DNA from: Bacteroidota bacterium
Lineage (GTDB): Bacteria > Bacteroidota > Bacteroidia > JABDFU01
Direction of reading: 5' to 3'
DNA: 64,000 nt
NCBI GenBank assembly: GCA_013286385.1
Contig: JABDFU010000009.1
Location: 1,053-65,052 of the forward strand
In this document: positions 1-9,979 of the stretch, piece after piece
How the letters are laid out: every line of letters begins with the position of its first letter
Position numbering within the stretch: position 1 is the stretch's first letter
The notes under the pieces: generated by a model
What the model saw: the letters and a program-made list of their open reading frames with translations, nothing else
What the model was told of the DNA's origin: nothing
Database searches by the model: none
Program-made: the position numbers and the translations under genes

Positions 1-2935
1 CATTGTCGCCGTTTATTTTACCATCCCAGGAGTCCGAAATGCTGGTCGATTTAAACACTTCAGTACCCCAGCGGTTGAAGATTTCAAGATTGTATTCGCT
101 AAGCTGTCCAATGATAGAAATAACATACGTATCGTTTACATTGTCCCCGTTGGGAGTAAATACATTGGGAATAAGCAGCGGTTTAACCCTGGGCGGAATA
201 GGAGTGCCTGTCAGCTCTATGCTGTCAATTGAAGAGCATCCTGTCGTATAACTTACTTTGACCCAATAGGTGCCTGTGGCTGAGGGCTTAATCGTTTGCG
301 TAGTGTCACCCGTGTTCCACAGGTAATGACTGCCGGTATTGGCCGCATCCAGGGTAACGGTAGAAATGGAGTCGCAATCGAGATCAATATTTTGTCCCAG
401 GTTTACCTGAGGGGTTGGCTTTATTACAACCTCAACAGTTGAACTGTCTGCCCCGTTGCAGGAAGAAGGGTTTTTCGCTACCAGTTTTACCGTATAGGTT
501 CCTCCGGTATTGAATTGGTGAGTCGGGGATGAGCTCGTGTCGATCGGAGAACCGTCGCCGAAATTCCAGCTGTAAGACGTTGCATTTTTACTGTTGTTGG
601 TAAAGGTAAACGTAAAAGGTGCACAACCACTGCCACCGCTGGTAGAGGCAACAGCCGTTACATTGGGCGTCTGGAAGTCGATTTTGAATATGGCATTGTT
701 GCAATTGGGGGAATTGTTTGTTTTGGACCAGGCAGATGGCGTTGTCGGAAAATTCGAATACCCTCCGCAGCCCCCGCAAACAGACTGATAGATCACGCCC
801 CGCTTGTCGAACCGGCTGGTTCCTCCGTCTACATGTTCGAGGTTATTCACAGGAGCAGAGAAAAAAGTGGCATAAATCAGACTTCCTGCATTTTTGGTAA
901 GAGACATCAGGTAAAATGCGGCTCCGTCTGTAGTGCTTTGGTAGGCGCTGGCCGATACGGGCAGTCCTGTTGTCACTCCCTGGAAACCGTAACCCGGATA
1001 CAGCTTACCTCCCCAGCCGGCGATGTAAATGTTATAACAATTATCAACCAGGAATGCCGAAGGAGAAATATTCGGATAGGCATTGATCCCGTCTCCAATC
1101 GTTGTGGACATAAGCGAAGTGCCAAGGCCGCTGTTGAGCTTTTGAATGAACATGCCGCCCGGCGTATTATTGTATACGCCGGGTGTAAGCGGATAGGTTC
1201 CCTCGGTTTGACCGTACAGGTATACACTGTTATCCTTGTCCGTTTGAACAAAATAACACTGATCATAGCTTCCTGTTCCTATGTAACTCGAAGCCAGCAA
1301 TGCGCTGCCGTCTTTCTTTACCAGACACACAAACCCGTCTGTACTACCAAGGTAGCTGGTATGAAGGGTTCCGGCTGTAACAGGAAAATCAGAACTCAGG
1401 GTACCTCCGGCTGTGTAAACATTTCCCGCCGTATCCAAAGCAAGCGCATAGGCCGCATCGTCAGAAGTCCCTCCGAGGTACGTGCTCCAGTCGAGAGTGC
1501 TGAAGTCAGCGCTGAGCTTGAACAGGCAGGCATCCTGAATGGTTCCTTTGAATGCCGTGCAGTACGCCCCTGCCGTAACCGGAAAGTCTGAACTCTGGGT
1601 ACAGGTAGCTACAAAAATATCGTCGTTCAGATCGATATTGATTTCTCCGCGTGCATCGTCACCGTAATTAAATTTCAGATTACCGAACACATCTTCTCCT
1701 GCCAGGTAATTTACACCATCGTCCAGACTGCCCCCGACATAGGTAGAACCCAAAAGGGCTGAACCCGCCGCATTGAATTTCGTTATAAAAAGATCGGCAC
1801 CTCCGTGATTGCTGGTCGAATAAGCACCTGAAGTGACCGGAAAGTCGGTAGAATAAGTCTTGCCATATACATAGAGGTTGTCGTTGGCGTCAACAACCAT
1901 ACTGTGAGGATAATCATTTTCAGACCCTCCAAGAAAAGTTGCGAAGAGAATTGCAGATCCGTTTGTATTGTATTTGATGATGCCAACGTCCCAGGGCCAG
2001 GGATATATTCCCCCCACTCCTCCGCCAGCAAAGTTGGTCTGAAAGGCTCCGGCTGTAACCGGATAACCCGTAGGTCCGCTCAGCGCACTGGTTACTATGC
2101 CTCCCGAAATCATGTTGCCGGGATTGTCGTACGTCGCAGTCCAGCCCCAGTTGTCCATGGTAGAACCCGAAAAAGTCGAACCAACCAGAATCGGATCAAC
2201 AATCAGATCGTACTGTTTGTTATAGCCCTGCGGTAAATCAAAAGAAACAGTAGTGCCCTTTATTCTGTATAAACACTTGACCGGCGAATGGATCCCATTA
2301 ATCAGCTGATAAGCGACAGGAGCCTTTTCGGTGACCCAACCCAGCGAAGTCGCAATCATCAGATTTCCGTCACTGATAAACAGGCTGTCAGCCCCGGTAT
2401 ACTTCATTTGCAATTGATTTGAATTTGAACCTGCCCTGATAATGAAATCATGTTTGAGCTGCCCTTCAAGACTATAAACCTTCAGGTTGATTCCCGGATA
2501 CAGGTTCGTGTAGTCTTGTTCTTCGAACGAATGAACCTCTCCGGCCCATTTTTTAGCATCGTTTCCGAGAAAATAGTTGTGATAAAAGCCGGCAGGGTTG
2601 CTGTTTTTGTGTTGTACTTTGTTGTTTGCCCCTAAAAATTCTACCCGGTAGCTATGGGAGTAAAATTTTGATTGGTCCTCAATCGCTTTTTTCATCGTTT
2701 TGGGATGATCGTTGAAGATCAATTCGTGCAGATCGATCAGCTTAAACGAGATGGCCGATTTTTCGTAATAGATGCCGAAATTTCGCATGACAAGCACATC
2801 AAGTACCTTGTCGTTCAGCTGACCTTTGTTTTCTTCGAAATACAGTTTGGTTTGAGCAGATGACAACGATCCCAACAGCAATACGAAAATCAGTGTCAGG
2901 AAACTTAGGACAGGAACCGGGCAGCGTCGCTCCAT
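1..2935 (-). CDS. Secreted SBBP beta-propeller-repeat / PKD-domain protein with a T9SS type B (gliding-motility-associated, CHU_C) C-terminal sorting domain. Partial: the C-terminus runs off the window start.
   Basis: My own translation of the reverse strand from ATG (complement of 2933-2935) is open to position 2. It begins MERRCPVPVLSFLTLIFVLLLGSLSSAQ (signal peptide). It has repeated GGSxxD...DxxGNVY..G.T.S.DFPVT units, a PKD-like segment (YSWNFGDGSP...HQFNTGGTYTVKLVAKN), and ends IPNVFTPNGDNVNDTYVI...EIFNRWGTEVF...WDGKINGDN. It is not in the ORF track because no stop codon lies inside the window. Confidence 0.75.
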   Translation of the reverse strand, partial: MERRCPVPVLSFLTLIFVLLLGSLSSAQTKLYFEENKGQLNDKVLDVLVMRNFGIYYEKSAISFKLIDLHELIFNDHPKTMKKAIEDQSKFYSHSYRVEFLGANNKVQHKNSNPAGFYHNYFLGNDAKKWAGEVHSFEEQDYTNLYPGINLKVYSLEGQLKHDFIIRAGSNSNQLQMKYTGADSLFISDGNLMIATSLGWVTEKAPVAYQLINGIHSPVKCLYRIKGTTVSFDLPQGYNKQYDLIVDPILVGSTFSGSTMDNWGWTATYDNPGNMISGGIVTSALSGPTGYPVTAGAFQTNFAGGGVGGIYPWPWDVGIIKYNTNGSAILFATFLGGSENDYPHSMVVDANDNLYVYGKTYSTDFPVTSGAYSTSNHGGADLFITKFNAAGSALLGSTYVGGSLDDGVNYLAGEDVFGNLKFNYGDDARGEINIDLNDDIFVATCTQSSDFPVTAGAYCTAFKGTIQDACLFKLSADFSTLDWSTYLGGTSDDAAYALALDTAGNVYTAGGTLSSDFPVTAGTLHTSYLGSTDGFVCLVKKDGSALLASSYIGTGSYDQCYFVQTDKDNSVYLYGQTEGTYPLTPGVYNNTPGGMFIQKLNSGLGTSLMSTTIGDGINAYPNISPSAFLVDNCYNIYIAGWGGKLYPGYGFQGVTTGLPVSASAYQSTTDGAAFYLMSLTKNAGSLIYATFFSAPVNNLEHVDGGTSRFDKRGVIYQSVCGGCGGYSNFPTTPSAWSKTNNSPNCNNAIFKIDFQTPNVTAVASTSGGSGCAPFTFTFTNNSKNATSYSWNFGDGSPIDTSSSPTHQFNTGGTYTVKLVAKNPSSCNGADSSTVEVVIKPTPQVNLGQNIDLDCDSISTVTLDAANTGSHYLWNTGDTTQTIKPSATGTYWVKVSYTTGCSSIDSIELTGTPIPPRVKPLLIPNVFTPNGDNVNDTYVISIIGQLSEYNLEIFNRWGTEVFKSTSISDSWDGKINGDN

Positions 2936-2993
2936 CGCTCTAAGATACAAAAAAGAATACTTATATTGGCTTCAATTTTAGGACCGTAAGCTG

Positions 2994-5825
2994 ATGGATT
3001 ATTCGTTTAGAGAAATTGAAAGAAAGTGGCAAAAGCACTGGGCGCTTACCAGGCCCTATAAGACAGAAACAGGCGGAGCCAAACCGGCTTACTATGTTCT
3101 GGACATGTTCCCCTACCCTTCCGGAGCCGGTTTACACGTGGGTCACCCATTGGGATATATAGCCTCCGACATAGTGGCCCGCTACAAGCGGCTGAAAGGA
3201 TTTAACGTTTTGCACCCCATGGGATACGATTCGTTCGGACTTCCGGCAGAACAGTACGCTATACAAACCGGACAGCACCCCGCCATTACAACAGCTGAAA
3301 ACATTGCCCGATACCGGCAGCAAATGGACCAGCTGGGGTTTTCTTTCGACTGGGACCGTGAAGTACGCACTTCTGATCCCGCCTATTATAAATGGACCCA
3401 ATGGATATTCATTCAGCTTTTCAATTCCTGGTACAATCCGCGAAGCAATAAAGCGGAGCGGATAGAGACCCTTGTTGAGATTTTCGAACAGGAAGGTTCG
3501 GCAAAAATGGAAGCCGAATGTTTTTCGCATGCCGGAAATTTCAATTCTATTGCCCCGGGCGCTTGGAAAAACTTATCTGAAAAAGAGCGAAGCGATGTTT
3601 TGATGAACTACCGCATCGCCTATCTGGGTGAAGCCTTTGTGAATTGGTGCCCTGCTCTTGGTACGGTATTGGCAAATGATGAAGTGAAAGACGGCGTAAG
3701 TGAACGGGGCGGCTTTCCGGTTGAACGGAAACGGATGAAACAATGGAGTATGCGTATCACTGCATTTGCTCAGCGTTTGCTGGACGGATTGGAAAAAATT
3801 GATTGGCCTGAAAGCCTGAAGGAAAGCCAGCGTTATTGGATTGGACGATCAGAAGGATCCAGTTTAAAGTTCACCCTCCTGGGTACAGGCAACGCACACC
3901 CGTCGAATACAATTCCCGCAAGCCTGGACATCGAAGTGTATACGACCAGGCCCGATACGGTCTTTGGAGTGAGTTTTATTACGCTTGCACCCGAACATGA
4001 ATTGGTTGAACAGATCACCACATCTGAACAAAAAAAAGAAGTCGAAGAATACATAAGAATTTCCAAAGGAAAAAGCGAAAGGGAGCGTCAGGCTGAAGTC
4101 AAAAATATCAGCGGGGTTTTTACCGGTGCTTATGCCCAGCACCCCTTTACCGGAAAGCCTGTCCCGGTTTGGATAGGCGATTACGTCCTGGCCGGATACG
4201 GAACAGGCGCTGTGATGGCTGTTCCCCGGCACGATTCAAGGGATTATGCCTTTGCCAGACATTTTAATTTGCCCATTGTTGAGGTCGTCAGCGGAGGCGA
4301 TTTAAATAAAGGTTCGTACGATGCAAAAGAGGGCCTGTTGGTCAATTCCGGTTTTTTGAATGGCCTGCAGGTAAAAGACGCGGTTAAAAAAGCCATAGCC
4401 GAAATCGAAAAGAAGGCCATAGGAAAAGGCAAAATAAATTTCAGATTACGGGATGCGGTTTTTGGACGTCAGCGGTATTGGGGAGAACCCATTCCGGTTT
4501 ATTACAAAGAAGGCATACCTTACGTTCTACAGGAAAACGAATTGCCCCTTGTGCTGCCTGAAGTGGATGCTTTTTTACCGACCACAAGCGGAGAGCCTCC
4601 GCTTGCCCGTGCCAAAAATTGGACCTACGAAACCACGACCATGCCCGGCTGGGCCGGTAGCTCCTGGTATTTTCTGAGGTACATGGATCCGCATAACGAA
4701 AAGGAGTTTGTAAGTAAAAAAGCTGCGGAGTATTGGGGACAGATTGATCTTTATCTGGGGGGAAGCGAACACGCCACCGGACATTTGCTTTACGTAAGGT
4801 TCTGGACTATGTTTCTGTATGATCTGGGTTATATCCCTTTCGAAGAGCCGGCAAAAAAGCTGATTAACCAGGGCATGATTCAGGGCCGGAGCAATTTTGT
4901 GTACCGGGTTGGAAAAGACGGAGAAGGCTTTACATTTCTTTCAAAATCAAAAATTACAAAAGGAGGAAATGAAGCCACAGCCATCCACGTGGACGTAAAC
5001 ATAGTTGACAATGATGTGTTGGATATCGAAGCCTTTAAAAAATGGAGGCCCGAATATGCTTCGGCAACCTTTGAGTTGGAAGAAAACGGAACTTATCTCT
5101 GCGGATGGGAAGTCGAAAAAATGTCCAAATCAAAATGGAATGTTGTGAGTCCCGATGCCATTTGCGATAAATACGGAGCCGATTGCCTGCGCATGTACGA
5201 AATGTTCCTCGGCCCTTTGGAACAAAGCAAACCCTGGAATACCAATGGCATCAGCGGAGTTTCAAATTTTTTAAAAAAACTATGGAAATTATATGAACCT
5301 TTTCATCCGGATACTATAAAAATCTCCCCCGACAGGATGGACGGCGCCAACTCCCCTGCTTCCAAACCAGAACTGAAAATCCTTCACAAAACCATTAAAA
5401 AAATTCAGGAAGACATCGAGCGGTTTTCCTTCAATACTTCGGTCAGCAACTTTATGATCTGCGTCAATGAACTTACCGAGCTCAACTGTTCCAAACGTGA
5501 AATTCTGGAACCGCTTTGTATTCTGATTTCGCCTTATGCTCCTCATATCGCAGAGGAACTCTGGAGTCTGCTGGGGCATACGGAAAGTGTCAGTTTTGCC
5601 GCTTTTCCGGCTTGCAAAACTGAATACCTCGAAGACGAATACTACGCGTATCCGGTCTCCGTTAACGGAAAAACCCGTTTTAAACTCGAGCTCCCGCTCA
5701 CCATGGGGATACCTGAAATCGAAAAAGAAGTCCTGAGCAGCGAGGAAGCAAAAAAATACCTCGAAGGAAAAACGCCGAAGAAAATGATCGTTGTTCACAA
5801 AAAAATCGTGAACATCGTTATCTAA
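2994..5825 (+). CDS. leuS: Leucine--tRNA ligase
   Basis: 943 aa. HIGH-type motif (PYPSGAGLHVGHPLGY), KMSKS motif (VEKMSKSKWNVV), and class I LeuRS-like sequence throughout. Confidence 0.97.
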   Translation: MDYSFREIERKWQKHWALTRPYKTETGGAKPAYYVLDMFPYPSGAGLHVGHPLGYIASDIVARYKRLKGFNVLHPMGYDSFGLPAEQYAIQTGQHPAITTAENIARYRQQMDQLGFSFDWDREVRTSDPAYYKWTQWIFIQLFNSWYNPRSNKAERIETLVEIFEQEGSAKMEAECFSHAGNFNSIAPGAWKNLSEKERSDVLMNYRIAYLGEAFVNWCPALGTVLANDEVKDGVSERGGFPVERKRMKQWSMRITAFAQRLLDGLEKIDWPESLKESQRYWIGRSEGSSLKFTLLGTGNAHPSNTIPASLDIEVYTTRPDTVFGVSFITLAPEHELVEQITTSEQKKEVEEYIRISKGKSERERQAEVKNISGVFTGAYAQHPFTGKPVPVWIGDYVLAGYGTGAVMAVPRHDSRDYAFARHFNLPIVEVVSGGDLNKGSYDAKEGLLVNSGFLNGLQVKDAVKKAIAEIEKKAIGKGKINFRLRDAVFGRQRYWGEPIPVYYKEGIPYVLQENELPLVLPEVDAFLPTTSGEPPLARAKNWTYETTTMPGWAGSSWYFLRYMDPHNEKEFVSKKAAEYWGQIDLYLGGSEHATGHLLYVRFWTMFLYDLGYIPFEEPAKKLINQGMIQGRSNFVYRVGKDGEGFTFLSKSKITKGGNEATAIHVDVNIVDNDVLDIEAFKKWRPEYASATFELEENGTYLCGWEVEKMSKSKWNVVSPDAICDKYGADCLRMYEMFLGPLEQSKPWNTNGISGVSNFLKKLWKLYEPFHPDTIKISPDRMDGANSPASKPELKILHKTIKKIQEDIERFSFNTSVSNFMICVNELTELNCSKREILEPLCILISPYAPHIAEELWSLLGHTESVSFAAFPACKTEYLEDEYYAYPVSVNGKTRFKLELPLTMGIPEIEKEVLSSEEAKKYLEGKTPKKMIVVHKKIVNIVI

Positions 5826-6631
5826 TGAGGCGCCTGGGATTTTGCCTGATTTTTTCTCTGTATTTTTCCGGCGTAAACGCTCAGCCCTCTCACACATCAG
5901 ACCCGAATACAATTGCACAGGCTGCCTATAAGCAAACTGCATTTAAACGAGGTGAGGTTCTGAATTACCGGATGCATTACGGATGGGTGGATGCGGGTTG
6001 GGTGAAAATTAAAGTGGAGAACGAAACGCGTGAAGTCGGAGGACGCAAAACCTTTCACTTTGTCGGTACCGGAGAAAGCAACAAAACATTTGATCTTTTT
6101 TTTAAAGTCCGCGATCGCTACGAGAGCTATGTCGACGAAGAATCCCTGACACCCTGGATTTTTATCCGCCGGGTGAACGAAGGAGGATTTTTAATTCACC
6201 AGGATTATATTTTTAATCCATCTAAGAAAAAGGTCGACACCGGTAACAACCTCAGCTACGATATTCCCGAAAATTGCCAGGACATGACTTCTGCCTTTTA
6301 TTTCGCACGCTGTTTGAATTACGATCATGCAAAAATCGGGGAGGTATTCAGCATTAACAGTTTTATAGACAAAGAAGTCTTTACCATCAAAATACGTTAC
6401 ATGGGCAGGGATACGATATCCACAACCCTTGGACGCATCGCCTGCATACGCTTTTGCCCCATTTTACAGAAAGGACGTATTTTTAAACGCTCCGAAGACC
6501 TCATCGCCTGGATCAGCGACGATGCGAACCGCATCCCTGTCCGGGTCCAGGCAAAAATTCTTGTCGGGTCGGTAAAAATGGATTTGCAGAGTTATGAAAA
6601 TCTTGCGAATCCCCTGGCAAAACTGAAATAA
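5825..6631 (+). CDS. DUF3108-like secreted protein
   Basis: 268 aa with a signal peptide. The pattern GEVLNYRMHYGWVDAGWVKIKV...FFKVRDRYESYVD resembles DUF3108. Its start overlaps the leuS stop (TAATG). Confidence 0.55.
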   Translation: MRRLGFCLIFSLYFSGVNAQPSHTSDPNTIAQAAYKQTAFKRGEVLNYRMHYGWVDAGWVKIKVENETREVGGRKTFHFVGTGESNKTFDLFFKVRDRYESYVDEESLTPWIFIRRVNEGGFLIHQDYIFNPSKKKVDTGNNLSYDIPENCQDMTSAFYFARCLNYDHAKIGEVFSINSFIDKEVFTIKIRYMGRDTISTTLGRIACIRFCPILQKGRIFKRSEDLIAWISDDANRIPVRVQAKILVGSVKMDLQSYENLANPLAKLK

Positions 6632-6652
6632 ATCTGACAAACCCAGAATAAA

Positions 6653-7165
6653 ATGGAGGCGTACTATAACTCCCCGATCGGACTGATTAAAATTACAGGC
6701 ACAGCTGAGTACGTTTCAAGCATCCTGTTTGCGGATACCGAAACAGAACTTGCGCAGGAAGAACACCTGGCCTTCAGCCAACGATCTCTATCGCAGCCTA
6801 TTTTAACCTGCATCCGTCAGTTGGCCGACTATTTTGAAGGTAAACGCACGGTATTTGATTTCCCCATGAAACAGGAAGGAACTGCCTTTCAGCAGCTGGT
6901 CTGGTCTGAACTCCGAAACATTCCATTTGGTGAACGAATCAGCTATCTTGAATTGTCGAAGCGTATTGGTAATATAAAAGCGGTAAGAGCTGTCGGCAAA
7001 GCCAATGGATTAAATTTGTTAAGCATTGTTGTTCCCTGCCACCGCGTTGTTGGAAACAACAATAAATTGATCGGTTATTCAGGCGGACTGGAAAGAAAAA
7101 GGAAATTGCTGATACACGAAGAGAACTATTCAGCAGCAAAGGGAAAATTGTTACTTTTATTCTGA
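6653..7165 (+). CDS. ogt: Methylated-DNA--protein-cysteine methyltransferase
   Basis: 170 aa with the active-site motif VVPCHRVVG and a typical C-terminal DNA-binding domain. Confidence 0.85.
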   Translation: MEAYYNSPIGLIKITGTAEYVSSILFADTETELAQEEHLAFSQRSLSQPILTCIRQLADYFEGKRTVFDFPMKQEGTAFQQLVWSELRNIPFGERISYLELSKRIGNIKAVRAVGKANGLNLLSIVVPCHRVVGNNNKLIGYSGGLERKRKLLIHEENYSAAKGKLLLLF

Positions 7166-7181
7166 TCGAATTGAAGCCCGA

Positions 7182-8156
7182 ATGATGGAATTAAAACCCG
7201 AATTGATTGAGCGAATCCGTAAACTGGATGAAAAATACGAAGCGATGGGCCAGAGTCTGGTTTCCTATCTGGACGGACTGCTGTATGCGGATTACCTGAC
7301 GTATTGGGATTATATTCACCTGGATACTTTATTGAGTCTTCAGACCCCCAAGACGAGTATTCCTGATGAACAGGTCTTTATCATGTACCACCAGATTACC
7401 GAATTGCATTTTAAACTGGCCCTGCACGAACTGCGTCAGCTTTCTGAAAACCACAAACTTACCGCTGATGACATGCTGAAGAGCCTTGGACGCATCAATC
7501 GCTACATGAACGCGCTGATTGATTCTTTTGATATCATGGTCGAGGGAATGGATCCGGCTCAGTTTCACAAGTTCCGCATGTCCTTGTTGCCTGCAAGCGG
7601 ATTTCAAAGCGGACAATACCGCATGATTGAAATTTACTGTACCGAATTCATCAACCTGGTATTGTCTGATCATCGTTCCGGATTTACGGGCTATCCTACG
7701 GATACGATGATCGAACAGATGTACAATTTTATTTACTGGAAAACCGGAGCAACCGAACTGTCCACCGGAAAAAAAACCCTGACTCTCAAACAATTTGAAT
7801 TGAAATATTCGAATGAACTCATTGAGCTGGCCAAAAAATGCAGGATGGACAACCTGTGGTCCCGCTTTAAATCGCTGACCGAAAATGATCAGAAAAACAG
7901 CCAACTGATTGATGCCTTGAAAATGCTGGACCTGAATGTGAATGTCAATTGGCCTCTTTCTCATTATAAATCAGCGGTACGCTACCTTCAGAAAGATCCC
8001 GAAGATATTGCTGCAACTGGCGGAACCAACTGGCAGAAATACTTACCTCCACGTTTTCAAAAAAGGATCTTTTATCCTTCACTCTGGAATGCCGAAGAAA
8101 TCGAAAACTGGGGTAAAAACTGGGTGCGTTCGGTGGTCTTCGGCGAAAAAAAGTGA
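7182..8156 (+). CDS. kynA: Tryptophan 2,3-dioxygenase family protein
   Basis: 324 aa. YLTYWDYIHLDTLLSLQTP...DEQVFIMYHQITELHFKL and SGFQSGQYRMIE match conserved bacterial TDO blocks. Confidence 0.78.
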   Translation: MMELKPELIERIRKLDEKYEAMGQSLVSYLDGLLYADYLTYWDYIHLDTLLSLQTPKTSIPDEQVFIMYHQITELHFKLALHELRQLSENHKLTADDMLKSLGRINRYMNALIDSFDIMVEGMDPAQFHKFRMSLLPASGFQSGQYRMIEIYCTEFINLVLSDHRSGFTGYPTDTMIEQMYNFIYWKTGATELSTGKKTLTLKQFELKYSNELIELAKKCRMDNLWSRFKSLTENDQKNSQLIDALKMLDLNVNVNWPLSHYKSAVRYLQKDPEDIAATGGTNWQKYLPPRFQKRIFYPSLWNAEEIENWGKNWVRSVVFGEKK

Positions 8157-8238
8157 ATTTCATGCCACGCCGCTTGATGCTAGTCTCTGGGTTACTTTAT
8201 GCGTTACTTGCGACCCTGTCTGTTTTGAGTGGTTTTAT

Positions 8239-8260
8239 AATGGTTAGAATTCTAACCATT
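8239..8260. terminator. Perfect 22-bp palindrome (AATGGTTAGAATTCTAACCATT) between the convergent TDO and fabF genes; possible bidirectional terminator hairpin
   Basis: The inverted repeat was read directly and lies in the 194-bp convergent spacer. It is AT-rich and has no classical U-tract, so function is uncertain. Confidence 0.3.
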
Positions 8261-8350
8261 AAGTGCCTTTAATGCGCATTATAATAACCATTATAAAATG
8301 GCCGAAAAAGACCTGTATGATTTTGTCTGAAGGGTGGTTGAAGGCCGGAT

Positions 8351-9607
8351 TCAGCCTTTGAACTTCTTGACGATAACCGAAGCATTGTGCCCTCCAAATC
8401 CGAACGTATTGCTTAACGCAGCCCTTACTACACGCTTCTGAGCAGTATTGAAAGTCAGGTTTAACTTGTTGTCAAGTTCGGGATCGTCTGTAAAGTGATT
8501 GATGGTTGGAGGAACGATGTCGTTCTGGACCGAAAGAATGCATGCCATAGCTTCCACAACCCCTGCTGCTCCAAGCAAATGGCCAGTCATGGATTTGGTT
8601 GAACTGATGTTCAGTTTATAGGCATGCTCATTAAACACACCCAGAATAGCTTTTGTTTCGGCAATGTCACCAAGGGGCGTTGAAGTCCCATGAACATTTA
8701 CATAGTCGATGTCAGAAGCCTGCATTTCGGCGTCAAGCAGGGCTGAACGCATAACGTTCAGCGCTCCCAGCCCTTCGGGATGAGGAGCAGTTATGTGGTA
8801 AGCATCTGCGCTCATACCTCCGCCGCCGATCTCCGCGTAAATTTTTACGCCGCGTTTAAGCGCGTGCTCATATTCTTCCAGAATGATACAACCGGCTCCT
8901 TCCCCGAGGACAAATCCGTCACGATCCTTATCAAATGGACGGGAAGCCGTTTCCGGAGATTCGTTTCTGACAGACAGGGCGTGCATGGCATTGAATCCGC
9001 CTATTCCGGCAGGATTTACTGCAGCCTCAGACCCCCCTGAAATAATAATGTCTGCCATTCCAAGACGTATATAATTAAAGGAATCAATAATGGCATTGGT
9101 CGAACTGGCGCACGCCGAACAGGTTGTAAAGTTCGGTCCACGCAAGCCGAACCGAATCGAAATATGTCCTGAGCAGATATCCGCAATCATTTTGGGAATA
9201 AAAAACGGATTGAATCGGGGTGTGCCATCGCCTTTTGCGAAAGCCGAGCATTCTTCATAAAATGTTTCCAGACCTCCGATACCCGAGCCCCAGATTACTC
9301 CAACCCGATCAGGGTTGAAAGCGAATTCCTTCAGGCCGGCATCTTCAAACGCCTGAGAGGCAGAAGCGATGCCGTATTGAGAATACGGATCAAGCTTTCG
9401 CCCTTCTTTGCGATCGAAATATTCGTCCAGCTTAAATCCTTTTACTTCACAGGCAAAGCGGGTCTTGAATTTAGAAGAATCGAAACGGGTTATGGCGGAA
9501 GCGCCGCTTTTTCCGGCCAACAGATTGGCCCAATAATCAGCTACTGTATTTCCTAAAGGCGTAATAGCACCAAGTCCGGTAACTACAACACGTTTTAAAT
9601 TCTTCAT
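8351..9607 (-). CDS. fabF: Beta-ketoacyl-ACP synthase II
   Basis: 418 aa with a KAS II-like sequence, including the active-site Cys context (TCSACASS) and C-terminal NTFGFGGHNASVIVKKF. Confidence 0.95.
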   Translation of the reverse strand: MKNLKRVVVTGLGAITPLGNTVADYWANLLAGKSGASAITRFDSSKFKTRFACEVKGFKLDEYFDRKEGRKLDPYSQYGIASASQAFEDAGLKEFAFNPDRVGVIWGSGIGGLETFYEECSAFAKGDGTPRFNPFFIPKMIADICSGHISIRFGLRGPNFTTCSACASSTNAIIDSFNYIRLGMADIIISGGSEAAVNPAGIGGFNAMHALSVRNESPETASRPFDKDRDGFVLGEGAGCIILEEYEHALKRGVKIYAEIGGGGMSADAYHITAPHPEGLGALNVMRSALLDAEMQASDIDYVNVHGTSTPLGDIAETKAILGVFNEHAYKLNISSTKSMTGHLLGAAGVVEAMACILSVQNDIVPPTINHFTDDPELDNKLNLTFNTAQKRVVRAALSNTFGFGGHNASVIVKKFKG

Positions 9608-9660
9608 GGATAAAAACAGGTTGCCTGTTCGATCTGATGGAGGCCTGTAATCTGTATAAT

Positions 9661-9897
9661 TTACTTAATGTTCGCTTCGATATAGGTAACTGCTTCTCCC
9701 ACAGTACTTATTTTTTCAGCCTGATCATCCGGTATAGCAATATTGAATTCCTTTTCAAATTCCATTATCAGCTCAACCGTGTCCAGGGAATCTGCACCCA
9801 AATCGTTTGTAAAACTTGCCTGAGGTGTAACTTCTTTTTCGTCTACACCCAATTTATCAACAATGATTGATTTTACGCGAGTTGAAATGTCTGCCAT
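9661..9897 (-). CDS. acpP: Acyl carrier protein
   Basis: 78 aa from [18 protein letters not shown]... with the phosphopantetheine site [11 protein letters not shown]. The 141-aa ORF in the track is an upstream extension that overlaps the next gene. Confidence 0.95.
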   Translation of the reverse strand: MADISTRVKSIIVDKLGVDEKEVTPQASFTNDLGADSLDTVELIMEFEKEFNIAIPDDQAEKISTVGEAVTYIEANIK

Positions 9898-9979
9898 TTT
9901 TATAAGTTTTAGGATTAAATCAGGTGCAAAGATACTTTTATGACGAGAATCACCAAAAAAAATCGCTACTTTTAATAAA

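Noticed and set aside
833-1591. 252-aa + strand ORF (and neighbours 1904-2236, 973-1266) in the first 3 kb
   Set aside because: They lie antisense or out of frame to the continuous minus-strand gene 1-2935. Their translations are Cys/Arg-rich with no motif. They are shadow ORFs.
5289-5942. 217-aa minus-strand ORF
   Set aside because: It is antisense to the well-supported 3' end of leuS and the start of the DUF3108 gene, and its sequence is low-complexity and unrecognisable.
7329-7964. 211-aa minus-strand ORF inside the TDO gene (similar cases: 24729-25262, 59553-60104, 31249-31764, 53621-54103)
   Set aside because: All are antisense to genes with clear family signatures and have no motifs of their own.
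9898-9979. Possible cobalamin riboswitch upstream of the B12-binding-domain gene
   Set aside because: The spacer is only 82 nt and AT-rich, with no B12-box-like conserved core that I could recognise. It is too short for the ~200-nt aptamer.
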